NCBI GenBank assembly: GCA_963840375.1
Contig: CAWIYR010000002.1
Coordinates: 896,613 to 960,612 of the forward strand
Direction of reading: 5' to 3'
Length of the DNA stretch: 64,000 nt
From: an uncultured Chloroflexia bacterium
GTDB lineage: Bacteria > Chloroflexota > Limnocylindria > Limnocylindrales > CSP1-4
Numbering within the stretch: the stretch's first letter is position 1; every line of letters starts with the position of its first letter. The notes beneath the pieces are model-generated. The model was not told the origin of the DNA. It saw only the letters and a list, made by a program, of their open reading frames with translations, and ran no database searches. Shown one piece after another: positions 28,272-37,533 of the stretch. The translations under genes and the position numbers were made by a program.

Positions 28272-29090
28272 TCAGCCCTCCGGGACGACGGTGGCGGTCG
28301 GGACGACCGTCGATCGGGCCGCCGGCGTCGGCGCGGGCCGGGTCCGGTCGACCAGGACGCCCGGCGGGTAGACCTTCGCGACCGCGTCCCCGAGCCGCGC
28401 GATCGACTCCTGGGGGGTCATCCCCCAGCCGACCGGGCAGTTCGAGAGGATCTCGACGATGGCGAAGCCGGCGCCGGCGAGCTGCACCTCGCAGGCCTTC
28501 CGCAGGAACGCCTTCGTCTTGCCGATGGCGCCAGGGTCGACGATCGAGCCGCGGGCCGCATAGGCCACCCCCGGAAGGATGGCGAGCATCTCGGTGATCG
28601 GCAGGGGGTAGCCGTGGAGCGTCGCGTCCCGGCCGTTCGGCGTCGAGGTGGTCCGCTGGCCGAGCAGGGTGGTCGGGGCCATCTGGCCGCCGGTCATCCC
28701 GTAGATGCCGTTGTTGACGAAGACCGCGGTGATCCGCTCGCCGCGCGCGGCGGCGTGGACGATCTCGGCGGTCCCGATCGCCGCCATGTCGCCGTCGCCC
28801 TGGTAGGTCAGCACGAAGGCGTCGGGTCGGAAGCGCCGGATCCCGGTCGCGACGGCCGGGGCGCGACCATGCGGCGCCTCGCAGAAGTCGAGCTCGAGAT
28901 AGTCGTACGCGAAGACGGCGCAGCCGACCGGTGCGACCGCGATCGTCCGGGGCCCCAGCCCGAGGTCGCCGAGGACCTCGGCGATGAGCCGGTGGATGAC
29001 CCCGTGCCCGCAGCCGGGACAGTAGGACGTGGAGCGCTCCGAGAGCAGCGCGGGGCGGTGGTAGACGACCCGTGGCTCGGTGGCGATCAT
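28272..29090 (-). CDS. 2-oxoacid:ferredoxin oxidoreductase, beta (TPP-binding) subunit
   Basis: [32 protein letters not shown]. Its start overlaps the alpha stop (ATGA at 29087-29090). Confidence 0.9.
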   Translation of the reverse strand: MIATEPRVVYHRPALLSERSTSYCPGCGHGVIHRLIAEVLGDLGLGPRTIAVAPVGCAVFAYDYLELDFCEAPHGRAPAVATGIRRFRPDAFVLTYQGDGDMAAIGTAEIVHAAARGERITAVFVNNGIYGMTGGQMAPTTLLGQRTTSTPNGRDATLHGYPLPITEMLAILPGVAYAARGSIVDPGAIGKTKAFLRKACEVQLAGAGFAIVEILSNCPVGWGMTPQESIARLGDAVAKVYPPGVLVDRTRPAPTPAARSTVVPTATVVPEG

Positions 29091-30292
29091 CGGACGGCCT
29101 CCGACTCGTACAGCCGGGCGAGCAGCCCGGTCTCGTGGTCGGTCTCCGGATCCGGTGGAGGCGCGCCACCGCCGACCGGCGTCGTCAGGCCGTAGGCGCG
29201 GACGAGCGCCCGGACCACCTCGTCCGGCGTCGGCACGATCCCGCCCATCCGACCGTGGAAGAAGACCGGGGTGGCACCCTCGACGGCCAGCCGGACGTCC
29301 TCGACCATCTGGCCGGCGGACAGCTCGACCGTGAGGATCGCTCGGAGACGCGGGGCGATGGCCCGGATGGCGTCGCTCGGGAACGGCCACAGGGTGATCG
29401 GCCGGAGGAGGCCCACCCGCATCCCGGCATCCCGGGCGTGGGCCATCGCCGTCCGGGCGACGCGAGCCGCGGTGCCGTAGGCGACGATGACGATCTCGGC
29501 GTCCCCCAGCCGCTCGCCGGACCAGCGCACCTCGGTCGCCTCGATCCGTCCGAACTTCGCCTGGAGGTCGCGGTTGTGCGCCTCGAGGTCGTCGGCCCGG
29601 AGATGGAGCGAGCGGATCACCCTGGGCGGGCGCCCGTCCGCCCCGGTCAGGACCCACGGCTCGACCGGTGCCGGCAGCGACCGGAAGTCGGGCTCGACCG
29701 GTTCCATCGCCTGGCCGAGGATGCCGTCGGCGAGGATCATCACCGGGGTCCGGTAGCGCTCGGCGAGCTCGAAGGCATCGGGTACGAGCTGGATCGCCTC
29801 CGCGATCGAGGCCGGAGCCAGGACCGGGACCCGATAGTCGCCGTGGCCGTGGCCCTTGGTCGCCTGGAAGTAGTCGCTCTGCGACGGCTGGATCGAGCCC
29901 AGGCCGGGTCCGCCGCGCATGACGTTGACGAGCACGACCGGCAGCTCCGAGCCGGCCAGGTAGCTCATCCCCTCGGCCATCAGGCTGATCCCGGGGCTCG
30001 AGCTCGAGACGAGGACCCGGGCGCCGGCGGCCGCTGCGCCGAGCGCCATGTTGATCGCACCGAGCTCGCTCTCGGCCTGGACGAACGCCCGGCCCAGCTC
30101 GGGCATCCGGCGAGCCATCCATTCGAGCAGCTCGGCCTGTGGGGTGATCGGGTAGCCGAAGTAGGCGTCGCAGCCGGCCGCGATGGCGGCCTCGGCGATC
30201 GCCTCGTTGCCCTTCATGAGGATCCGGGTCGGCCGATCGGTGGCCGGGACCCCGGTCGCCGACGCGGCGTCGGCCACGGCGAGGGTGGCCAT
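29087..30292 (-). CDS. 2-oxoacid:ferredoxin oxidoreductase, alpha subunit
   Basis: [33 protein letters not shown]...[23 protein letters not shown]. Confidence 0.9.
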   Translation of the reverse strand: MATLAVADAASATGVPATDRPTRILMKGNEAIAEAAIAAGCDAYFGYPITPQAELLEWMARRMPELGRAFVQAESELGAINMALGAAAAGARVLVSSSSPGISLMAEGMSYLAGSELPVVLVNVMRGGPGLGSIQPSQSDYFQATKGHGHGDYRVPVLAPASIAEAIQLVPDAFELAERYRTPVMILADGILGQAMEPVEPDFRSLPAPVEPWVLTGADGRPPRVIRSLHLRADDLEAHNRDLQAKFGRIEATEVRWSGERLGDAEIVIVAYGTAARVARTAMAHARDAGMRVGLLRPITLWPFPSDAIRAIAPRLRAILTVELSAGQMVEDVRLAVEGATPVFFHGRMGGIVPTPDEVVRALVRAYGLTTPVGGGAPPPDPETDHETGLLARLYESEAVR

Positions 30293-30293
30293 G

Positions 30294-30554
30294 TCAGGCC
30301 TCCTTGGGTCGGGCGTAGACGGTGAAGACGGCATCGGGGCAGACCCTCGCGCAGCGCGCGCAGCTGGTGCAGGCCGCGGCATCGGTCAGGCGGATCGGGT
30401 GGTGCCCGAGGCGGTTGACGACGCCGGTATCGAGAGCCAGGACGCCCGGCGGGCAGGCCGCGATGCAGAGCTCACAGCCCTTGCATCGATCGGTCGCGAT
30501 GTCGAGGGGGGCCCAGGCGACGGGCAACTCCAGCTCGGCGAGGGCGATGGACAT
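30294..30554 (-). CDS. 2-oxoacid:ferredoxin oxidoreductase, delta subunit (2x[4Fe-4S] ferredoxin)
   Basis: [12 protein letters not shown] and [12 protein letters not shown] motifs. ATG at 30554 is preceded by GGAGG. First gene of the D-A-B-C operon. Confidence 0.85.
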   Translation of the reverse strand: MSIALAELELPVAWAPLDIATDRCKGCELCIAACPPGVLALDTGVVNRLGHHPIRLTDAAACTSCARCARVCPDAVFTVYARPKEA

Positions 30555-30789
30555 GAACGCACCTCCGAACCCTAGGCTGGTCCGGTCCGGGGCTCCCACG
30601 AAGTGCCGAACGGCGCGTCGTCGCGGGCGGATACGCCCGATGGGAACCGTTCGGCCCGGGCCGGTCCGCCATCGGCGTCGTGACTCATCGCCCTATCGCC
30701 CGGGGTGTCGTGGCCCGACGATGACGCTGCGCGATCGGCCCAGCCTGAGCCGGCGGCACGGCCATCCAGGACGAACCGGGAGGCGAGCG

Positions 30790-31269
30790 ATGTCGAGCGA
30801 TCTGCGCCTCGGCGCGGAGGTCGAGCGCCGGTTCATCGAGCACGAGCACCGCGAGATGGCGCCCGGGATCGGCCGGATCGAGGACGTCGCCGGCCTCGCC
30901 GGGAGCCTCGCCGCGCCCGATCTCTCGGCCGCCCTCCGGACGCTCCTCGACTGGCTCCACCGGACTTACCTGCCGCACTGCGACTGGGAGGATTCCTGGC
31001 TCTATCCCGAGCTCGACCGGATCGCCGCGACCCCCTGGGCGACGAGGTCGATGCGCTTCGAGCACCGCCAGATCCGAGAGCTCGTCGAGCGGCTCGAGAT
31101 CGATTGGGAGCTCCTCCGCCACGAGCCCACCCACCGACACCTCGGCGAGCTGCGGGCTCGCCTGTACGGGCTCCACGCACTGGTCCACAGCCATGTGGAA
31201 CGCGAGGAGCGGTTCCTCGTCCCGCTCCTCGATGCCAGAGGGGCCCCCCCGGCGGACCTTCACGCCTAG
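30790..31269 (+). CDS. Hemerythrin-like domain protein
   Basis: His/Glu-rich four-helix pattern: FIEHEHREM...HCDWEDSWLYPEL...FEHRQIRELV...HSHVEREERFLVPLL. Confidence 0.7.
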   Translation: MSSDLRLGAEVERRFIEHEHREMAPGIGRIEDVAGLAGSLAAPDLSAALRTLLDWLHRTYLPHCDWEDSWLYPELDRIAATPWATRSMRFEHRQIRELVERLEIDWELLRHEPTHRHLGELRARLYGLHALVHSHVEREERFLVPLLDARGAPPADLHA

Positions 31270-31283
31270 GTCGGAGTCCGCGT

Positions 31284-31745
31284 TCAGGCCTCGCGCTCGA
31301 TCCCGCGACGGCGCGGCGGGTCGCCGCTCCGGTCGCGCAGCCAGGCGATCAGCTGTCGGTCGGTCATCGGTCCGGCCGGGGTGACCCGGATCGACCGCGA
31401 TCGCCCCCGGTGATGGTCGGCCCGGGCCAGGACGACGGCGAGCCGCTCCCGGACCGAGCCGGGCCCCAGGATCTCCACGTCACCGGTCGTCGGCACGGCG
31501 TCCGTTACCTTGTCGAGGAAGTCGCGCAGGTGGCCCGCCCGGTCCCGCTCGATCGCGTCATCGGGAACGCCACCCCCGCCGTGGCGCGTCGTCGGATCGT
31601 GCCGAACGTGGCCCGTCGACCGGTGATGCGGCGGCACCTCGGAAGCGAGGTGGTGGACCCCCGGGCTGCCGTCCCAGGTCGCGACGACGGCGCGCTCGTC
31701 GTCGATCCAGATCGCGCAGGTGTCGACGATCGCCGTGGTGATCAT
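31284..31745 (-). CDS. Hypothetical protein, possibly eRF1-like / host-attachment (baeRF) fold
   Basis: GC3-rich 153-codon ORF. Its GAGGAGG RBS overlaps the stop of the upstream ybaK-like gene. The weak pattern ...HDPTTRHGGGGV...LRDFLDKVTDAV...VEILGPGSVRERL is reminiscent of the Host_attach family. Confidence 0.45.
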   Translation of the reverse strand: MITTAIVDTCAIWIDDERAVVATWDGSPGVHHLASEVPPHHRSTGHVRHDPTTRHGGGGVPDDAIERDRAGHLRDFLDKVTDAVPTTGDVEILGPGSVRERLAVVLARADHHRGRSRSIRVTPAGPMTDRQLIAWLRDRSGDPPRRRGIEREA

Positions 31746-31757
31746 CGCCGCTCCTCC

Positions 31758-32288
31758 TCAGCGTGCCCAGATGGGTCCGCGATCGACCGGGACGACCAGG
31801 TCCACGTAGCTGACCCGGACCGCCCGGCCCCAGGCCTCCCGGTCCACGACGACCGAGAAGCGGTGGCTGCCGGCAGGGAAGGTGATCGTCGGGTCATCCC
31901 GGATGGCCGGGTCGGCCAGGACCGGCAGGCCGACGAGATCGCCGATCGGCGGCAGCGCGCCGACCTCGATGTCCGGGGCGATCTCCGCCAGCTCGGCCTC
32001 GCTGATGAGGTGGATGTGGGTGGTCCCGAGGGCGGTCGCCCCCTTGCGCAGGTCGAGCCGGTCGAGGGCATCGAGGACGAGCAGCGCCCGGGCCCCGGTG
32101 TCCTTCTCGGCGACGAGGGTCTTGGCGAAGCGGCGCGGATCCACACCGTCGGCCGCGGCGGCCTCGAGGGCGGTCATCGCCAGTGGGTGCTCGTGGAGCT
32201 CGTAGTCGACGTCGTGGGCGGCCAGCCACTCGAGAAGACCGGCATTCGGCCCGCCGGTCCCCGGTCGCTCGATCGTGGGCGTGGTCAT
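31758..32288 (-). CDS. YbaK/EbsC/ProX-type aminoacyl-tRNA deacylase domain protein
   Basis: ...LEWLAAHDVDYELHEHP...AKTLV...ALLVL...LDLRK...GALPPIG...PVLAD... shows YbaK-fold motifs. Start MTTPTIERP at 32288. Confidence 0.7.
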   Translation of the reverse strand: MTTPTIERPGTGGPNAGLLEWLAAHDVDYELHEHPLAMTALEAAAADGVDPRRFAKTLVAEKDTGARALLVLDALDRLDLRKGATALGTTHIHLISEAELAEIAPDIEVGALPPIGDLVGLPVLADPAIRDDPTITFPAGSHRFSVVVDREAWGRAVRVSYVDLVVPVDRGPIWAR

Positions 32289-32634
32289 CGTCGACCTCCT
32301 CGCCGCGTCCGCGGCGCTCCGGCCCCGGCGGTCCGACCGGCCACTGCACCGGCGGGCGACCCGGGACGCCACCATCAGGATGGTCGTCGACGCTCCCCGA
32401 TGGCAGGGTCCGGCGACCCGCCCGGCGGGGGCAGGATGGCCCCACCGGGATCGACCCACGCTGGCCCGATCGGACCGAAGGCCGTTAGGGCCGTCAGGAC
32501 GGGGCCATTCGGCAGGTCCGAGTCGGGCCCTTCGTCCCGCGTAATCCGCCCAAGAGCCGGTGACCGAGGCCGTCGCCATGGGGCGACCAGCGTCCGACCG
32601 CGAGATGGTCGCCAGGTGACGAGGGATCGGCCGG

Positions 32635-33858
32635 ATGTCCAGGCTCGATGACAGCCTCTACGCGGCGCTCGTGGAACGCGGTGTCTCTCGCCGGTCGTTC
32701 CTGAAGTTCTCGGCGGCGATGGCCGGCGCCCTCGCCCTCCCGGCGAGCTACGCGCCGCGGATCGCCGCGGCGGTCGAGATCGCTCCCCGCATCCCGGTCA
32801 TCTGGCTCGAAGGCCAGGACTGCGCCGGGAACACCGAGGCATTCCTGCGCGCCTCCCATCCGACGACCGCCGAGCTGGTCCTCGACATCCTGTCGGTGGA
32901 CTACCACGAGACGCTCATGGTGGCCGCCGGCCAGCAGGCCGAGGAGGCCCGGCTGGCCACGATGGAGAAGTTCCCCAACGGCTACATCGCGGTGGTCGAG
33001 GGCTCGGTCCCGATCGCCGATGGTGGCGTCTACTGCACGATCGGCGGGCGCGCCTTCAGCGACACCGTCCGGCAGGTCTGCGAAGGCGCGATGGCGACGA
33101 TCTCGGTCGGCACGTGCGCCTTCGACGGCGGGCTGCCCGCGGCCGCCGGCGGCCCGACCGGCGCGGTCGGGGCGAGCGCCGCCGTCCCGAAGGCGAAGGT
33201 CATCAACCTGCCGGGTTGCCCGATGAACGTCCAGAACTTCACGGCGACGATCGTCCACAAGCTGACCTTCGGCGAGTGGCCGGCGCTCGACGCGATGGGC
33301 CGGCCCTTGTTCGCCTACGGCCAGCTGATCCACGACCAGTGCGAACGACGGGCCCATTTCGACCGGGGCGAGTACGTGATGGCGTGGGGCGACCAGGGCG
33401 CGCGCAACGGCTGGTGCCTCTACAAGATGGGCTGCAAGGGCCCCGAGACGCTGGCCAACTGCCCTACCGCCCGGTTCAACGACGGCACGAGCTGGCCGGT
33501 GAAGTCGGGTCACGGCTGCGTCGGCTGCACGATGCCCGGGTTCTGGGACGCCATGAGCCCGTTCTACCGGCGCCTGCCGGCGCCCACGCCGTTCCCGTCG
33601 GACGTCACCGTCGACCAGGTCGGGATCGTCCTCGTCGGCGGCGTCGCCGCCCTGAGCGCGGCCCACGGCGTGGCCAGCTACACCCGCAAGCGGCGGATGG
33701 ACGCCAAGGCGGCCGCCGGGATCTCGAGCGCCGCCGGTGTCGCGGTCGCCACCCCACCGGACGGCGGGCCGCCGGCGGCTCCACCACCGATGGCCCCACC
33801 GCCCGCGCCGCCATCGGCCGGGTCAGCCAGCGACCAGGCCAGCGGGAGGGCCGAGTGA
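32635..33858 (+). CDS. hupS: [NiFe]-hydrogenase small subunit, Tat-exported, with C-terminal membrane anchor
   Basis: Tat signal SRRSFLKFSAAMAG. Fe-S motifs GTCAFDGG, LPGCPMN, HDQCERRAHF, GWCLYKMGCKGP, NCP, GHGCVGCTMPGFWD. C-terminal TM helix plus a Pro/Ala tail. Confidence 0.95.
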   Translation: MSRLDDSLYAALVERGVSRRSFLKFSAAMAGALALPASYAPRIAAAVEIAPRIPVIWLEGQDCAGNTEAFLRASHPTTAELVLDILSVDYHETLMVAAGQQAEEARLATMEKFPNGYIAVVEGSVPIADGGVYCTIGGRAFSDTVRQVCEGAMATISVGTCAFDGGLPAAAGGPTGAVGASAAVPKAKVINLPGCPMNVQNFTATIVHKLTFGEWPALDAMGRPLFAYGQLIHDQCERRAHFDRGEYVMAWGDQGARNGWCLYKMGCKGPETLANCPTARFNDGTSWPVKSGHGCVGCTMPGFWDAMSPFYRRLPAPTPFPSDVTVDQVGIVLVGGVAALSAAHGVASYTRKRRMDAKAAAGISSAAGVAVATPPDGGPPAAPPPMAPPPAPPSAGSASDQASGRAE

Positions 33859-33859
33859 G

Positions 33860-35570
33860 ATGACCAGGATCGTCGTCGATCCGATCACCCGGATCGAGGG
33901 TCACCTCCGGATCGAGGTGGAGGTCCAGAACGGCGTCGTGTCCGACGCCTGGAGCTCCGGGACGATGTTCCGCGGCCTCGAGCTCATCCTCCAGGGTCGC
34001 GATCCACGCGACGCCTGGGTCTTCGCCCAGCGAGCCTGCGGGGTGTGCACCACGGTCCACGCCCTGGCGTCGGTGCGCTCGGTCGAGAACGCCCTCGAGA
34101 TCAAGATCCCGAAGAACGCCCGGATCGTCCGGAACCTCATCGCCGGATCGCAGTACGTCCAGGACCACGTCATCCACTTCTATCACCTGCACGCCCTGGA
34201 CTGGGTCAACATCGTCTCGGCCCTGTCGGCCGATCCGGCGGGCACCGCCGCCCTGGCCCAATCGATCAGCGACTGGCCGCTCTCCAGTGCGAGCTACTTC
34301 AAGGGGGTCCAGGACAAGCTCGCCGCGTTCGTCAAGACCGGTCAGCTGGGCCCGTTCGCCAACGGCTACTGGGACAACGCGGCCTACAAGCTCCCGGCCG
34401 AGGCGAACCTCATGGCCGCGGCCCACTACCTCGAGGCGCTCGACTGGCAGCGCCGGATCATCCGGATCCACGGCCTGCTCGGGGCGAAGAACCCCCATCC
34501 CCAGACCTATGCGGTCGGCGGGATGGCGCTCTCGATCGACCCGAACTCGACGACGGCCCTCAACGCCCGCGGGCTGTCCGAGATCAGCCAGCTCATCACC
34601 GAGGCGAACGACTTCGTCGACCGGGTCTACATCCCGGACGTCCTGGCCGTCGCCGGGTTCTACAAGGACTGGGCGGCCCTGGGTCGCGGCATCGGCAACT
34701 ACATGTCCTACGGCGAGTTCCCCCAGGACGACTCGGGTCAGCCGTCGGCGTTCTACCTGCCGCGCGGCCGGATCATGGGCCGCGACCTCTCGAAGGTGGA
34801 GCCGGTCGATCACACCCAGGTGGCCGAGACGGTGGCCCACTCCTACTACACCTACGACGGCGGGGACACCCAGTACAAGCATCCCTGGGACGGCCAGACG
34901 AAGCCGAACTACACGGGTCCCAAGCCGCCCTTCGAGACGCTCGAGGGGTCGGACAAGTACAGCTGGCTCAAGTCCCCGCGCTACGCCGACCAGCCGATGG
35001 AGGTCGGGCCGCTCGCTCGGATGCTGGTCGCCTACGGCGCCGGTCAACCGGAGGTGAAGGCCGCCGTCGACGCCGTCCTGGGCAAGCTCGGCGTGGGCGC
35101 CGAGGCCCTCTTCAGCACCCTCGGCCGGATCGCCGCCCGGGCGATCGAGACCCAGCTCATCGGCCACCGAGCTCCAGCCCTGGCTGACCGAGCTGGCCGA
35201 GAACCTCGACACGGGCGACCTGACGATCGCCGACACGACCCACTGGGAGCCCAGCACCTGGCCGGCCGAAGCCGAAGGCTGGGGCTTCGAGGAGGCGCCC
35301 CGCGGATCGCTCGGCCACTGGGTGAAGATCAAGGACCAGAAGATCGCGAACTACCAGCTCGTCGTGCCGAGCACCTGGAACGGCTCGCCGCGCGACGACA
35401 AGGGCCGGCGGGGGGCGTGGGAGGAGGCGCTCATCGGCACTCCGGTCGGCAACCCGGCACAGCCGGTGGAGATCCTCCGGACGATCCACTCGTTCGACCC
35501 GTGCATGGCCTGCGCCGTCCACGTCTACGACCCTGACGCGGGCAGCTCGGTCGAGATCCGGGTCGTTTGA
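33860..35570 (+). pseudogene. hupL: [NiFe]-hydrogenase large subunit, reading frame interrupted by a +1 shift near 35165-35169
   Basis: N-terminal part (33860-35167) carries RIEGH and RACGVCTTVH. Homology then jumps to the +1 frame (35169-35570: ELQPWLTEL...EEAPRGSLGHWVKIKD...STWNGSPRD...HSFDPCMACAVHV plus a 15-aa tail). The as-written frame continues as Arg-rich nonsense to 35536. Joined length would be about 569 aa. Confidence 0.9.
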
Positions 35571-35580
35571 AAGGGGTGAC

Positions 35581-36480
35581 GTGATGACTGCCATCCCCGC
35601 CCCCGGCCCGGCCCCGACCCGACCGGCCGCGGCGGCCACCCGGGCGGCCGACGACGAGCTCGAGATCCCCCCGGGTCTCGAGCGGGTCCGGATCTACGTC
35701 TGGCAGGTCCCCGTCCGGGTGACCCACTGGGTCACCTTCTCGGCGATCGTCGTCCTGACCGTGACCGGTGCGTACATCGCCGACCCGTTCTTCTTCGCCT
35801 TCAACGCCGAGACGATGTCGACGATGCGGGTGGTCCACATGCTCGCGGCGTTCATCTTCCTCGCCTCGGGCGTCCTGCGGACGTACTGGCTCTTCGCCGG
35901 CAACCAGTTCTCGCGCTGGACCGCGTTCGTCCCAACGAACCGGCGGCACCTGGCCGAGGTCCGGACCCAGACCGCCTTCTACCTCTTCCGGAGCCGGGAC
36001 ATCCCGGGCATCCTCGGCCACAACGCGCTGGCCGGCGGGACCTACACCGTGGTCTTCTTCCTGTTCCTCATCCAGACCGTCACCGGCTTCGGGATGCTCG
36101 CCATCCACGGCACGGAGCCGTGGGCCGCCCTGTTCGGCTGGGTCCCGGCGCTGTTGGGGGAGCAGGGGATGCGCCTCCTCCACCACCTGCTGATGTGGGT
36201 GATCCTGGCCTTCGCCGTCCACCACGTCTACAGTGCGATCCTCGTCGACCACTGGGAGCGCAACGGGCTGATGTCGAGCATCTTCGCCGGCTCGAAGTTC
36301 GTGCCTCGCTGGCGGATCGACGAGGCCCGCGATGGCGGGATCGCCTTCGACCGGATGGTCACCCGGGAGGACATCGAGACGTCGATCGTCGAGGCCGTCG
36401 AGGCCGGCCAGCCGCTGACGAAGGAGGAGGTCGTGGCCCTCGACGAGGCGACCGAGGCGGTGGAACGGGACGCCGGGTGA
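35581..36480 (+). CDS. hupC: Ni/Fe-hydrogenase b-type cytochrome subunit
   Basis: VRVTHWVTFSAIVVL..., four TM helices with conserved His (HMLAAF, HHLLMWVILAFAVHHVY). It sits immediately after the large subunit. Confidence 0.9.
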   Translation: MMTAIPAPGPAPTRPAAAATRAADDELEIPPGLERVRIYVWQVPVRVTHWVTFSAIVVLTVTGAYIADPFFFAFNAETMSTMRVVHMLAAFIFLASGVLRTYWLFAGNQFSRWTAFVPTNRRHLAEVRTQTAFYLFRSRDIPGILGHNALAGGTYTVVFFLFLIQTVTGFGMLAIHGTEPWAALFGWVPALLGEQGMRLLHHLLMWVILAFAVHHVYSAILVDHWERNGLMSSIFAGSKFVPRWRIDEARDGGIAFDRMVTREDIETSIVEAVEAGQPLTKEEVVALDEATEAVERDAG

Positions 36481-37025
36481 GCGCGCCGGACGGTCCGCTT
36501 CTCGTCCTCGGGATCGGCAACGTCCTGCTCCGGGACGAAGGGGTCGGGGTCCAGGTCATCCGCGATCTCGAGGCGCGCGTCGAGCGCGGCGAGCTGGCCC
36601 TGCCGCCGGACACCGAGCTTCTCGACGGGGGCACCCTCGGGCTCGACCTCCTGCCCCGGATCTCGGACGCCCGGGCACTCCTCCTCGTCGACGCGATCGA
36701 CCTGAAGGATGAGCCGGGGACGATCCGGATCCTCCGGGGGCCGGAGATCCAGGGCGCCCTGTCGGGGCACGTCTCGCCCCACCAGGTGGGCATCGGCGAT
36801 CTCATCGCGGCGGCCCGGCTCATGGGCACCCTGCCGAACGCCGTCGTGCTGGTGGGCATCCAGCCGCTCGAGATCGAGATCGGCCTGGAGCTCAGCCCGC
36901 CCGTCCGTGCGGCGCTGCCCGGTGCGGTCGAGGCCGCCATCGCCGAGCTCGGTCGACTGGACGGCGCGGGAGGGTCGTCGGACCCGGGGATGACCGGGGC
37001 CGTTCCGACCCCGGCGACGGGCTGA
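36477..37025 (+). CDS. hupD: Hydrogenase maturation endopeptidase (HyaD/HupD family)
   Basis: LLVLGIGNVLLRDEGVGV...LLDGGTLGLDLL...LLLVDAI...HQVGI. GTG overlaps the cytochrome b stop (GTGA at 36477-36480). Confidence 0.9.
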   Translation: MSAPDGPLLVLGIGNVLLRDEGVGVQVIRDLEARVERGELALPPDTELLDGGTLGLDLLPRISDARALLLVDAIDLKDEPGTIRILRGPEIQGALSGHVSPHQVGIGDLIAAARLMGTLPNAVVLVGIQPLEIEIGLELSPPVRAALPGAVEAAIAELGRLDGAGGSSDPGMTGAVPTPATG

Positions 37026-37100
37026 TCGGCACGCGGTCGACCGGCCCGGCTGTGGTCAGATAGGGACGACGGATCCGAGCAGGAGGTCGGTCGGCAGGTC

Positions 37101-37442
37101 ATGCATGAGTCGGGACTCGCGGCAGCGGTCGCGGACGCCCTCCGCGGTGAGCGGCTCGACGGCGCCCGGGTGCGGCTCCTCGTGAGCGGAGGCCACGCGG
37201 ACCCCTTCGACTTCGACGCCGCGTTCCGCTTCCACCTCACCGCGGCGGCGCCCGACCTCGGCGCGCTCCCGCTGGAGATCGTCCATCTGCCGACGGACCG
37301 GCTGTGTGTCGGCTGCGGCCGCACCTTCGCCGCGATCACCGCCGACGAGCCCTGCCCGAAGTGCGGATCGGTGGGTCTTCCGACCCAGACGACCGAGCGG
37401 GTCGAGATCGAGCTGGTACGCCCGGGTGCCAACGACCCCTGA
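37101..37442 (+). CDS. hypA: Hydrogenase nickel-insertion protein HypA
   Basis: N-terminal MHE nickel motif and the CVGCG...CPKCG zinc site. Confidence 0.9.
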   Translation: MHESGLAAAVADALRGERLDGARVRLLVSGGHADPFDFDAAFRFHLTAAAPDLGALPLEIVHLPTDRLCVGCGRTFAAITADEPCPKCGSVGLPTQTTERVEIELVRPGANDP

Positions 37443-37533
37443 GCGGACGCGCGTCCCGCGCCAGGCGCGTCCCGTTCCCGTTCCCGCTCCCTCCCGTGAC
37501 CGAGGTCGGGCGACCGACTGCGTCGCGCGCGCC

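Noticed and set aside
33737-33859. N-terminal extension of the large-subunit ORF back to 33737
   Set aside because: It overlaps the 3' end of hupS out of frame. The conserved N-terminus MTRIVVDPITRIEGH starts at 33860, 1 nt after the hupS stop.
35160-35175. Programmed +1 frameshift or selenocysteine recoding in the hydrogenase large subunit
   Set aside because: There is no slippery or rare-codon/stop context at the junction. The C-terminal motif is DPCMACAVH with Cys codons, so there is no TGA and this is not a [NiFeSe] enzyme. An indel, real or from assembly, is the simpler explanation, although recoding cannot be formally excluded.
37426-37533. Longer hypF start at GTG 37426, overlapping hypA
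   Set aside because: The intervening codons (PVPVPAPSRDRG...) have poor GC3 compared with the gene body, so I kept GTG 37534. That start leaves a short first beta-strand for the acylphosphatase domain, so the true start remains uncertain.
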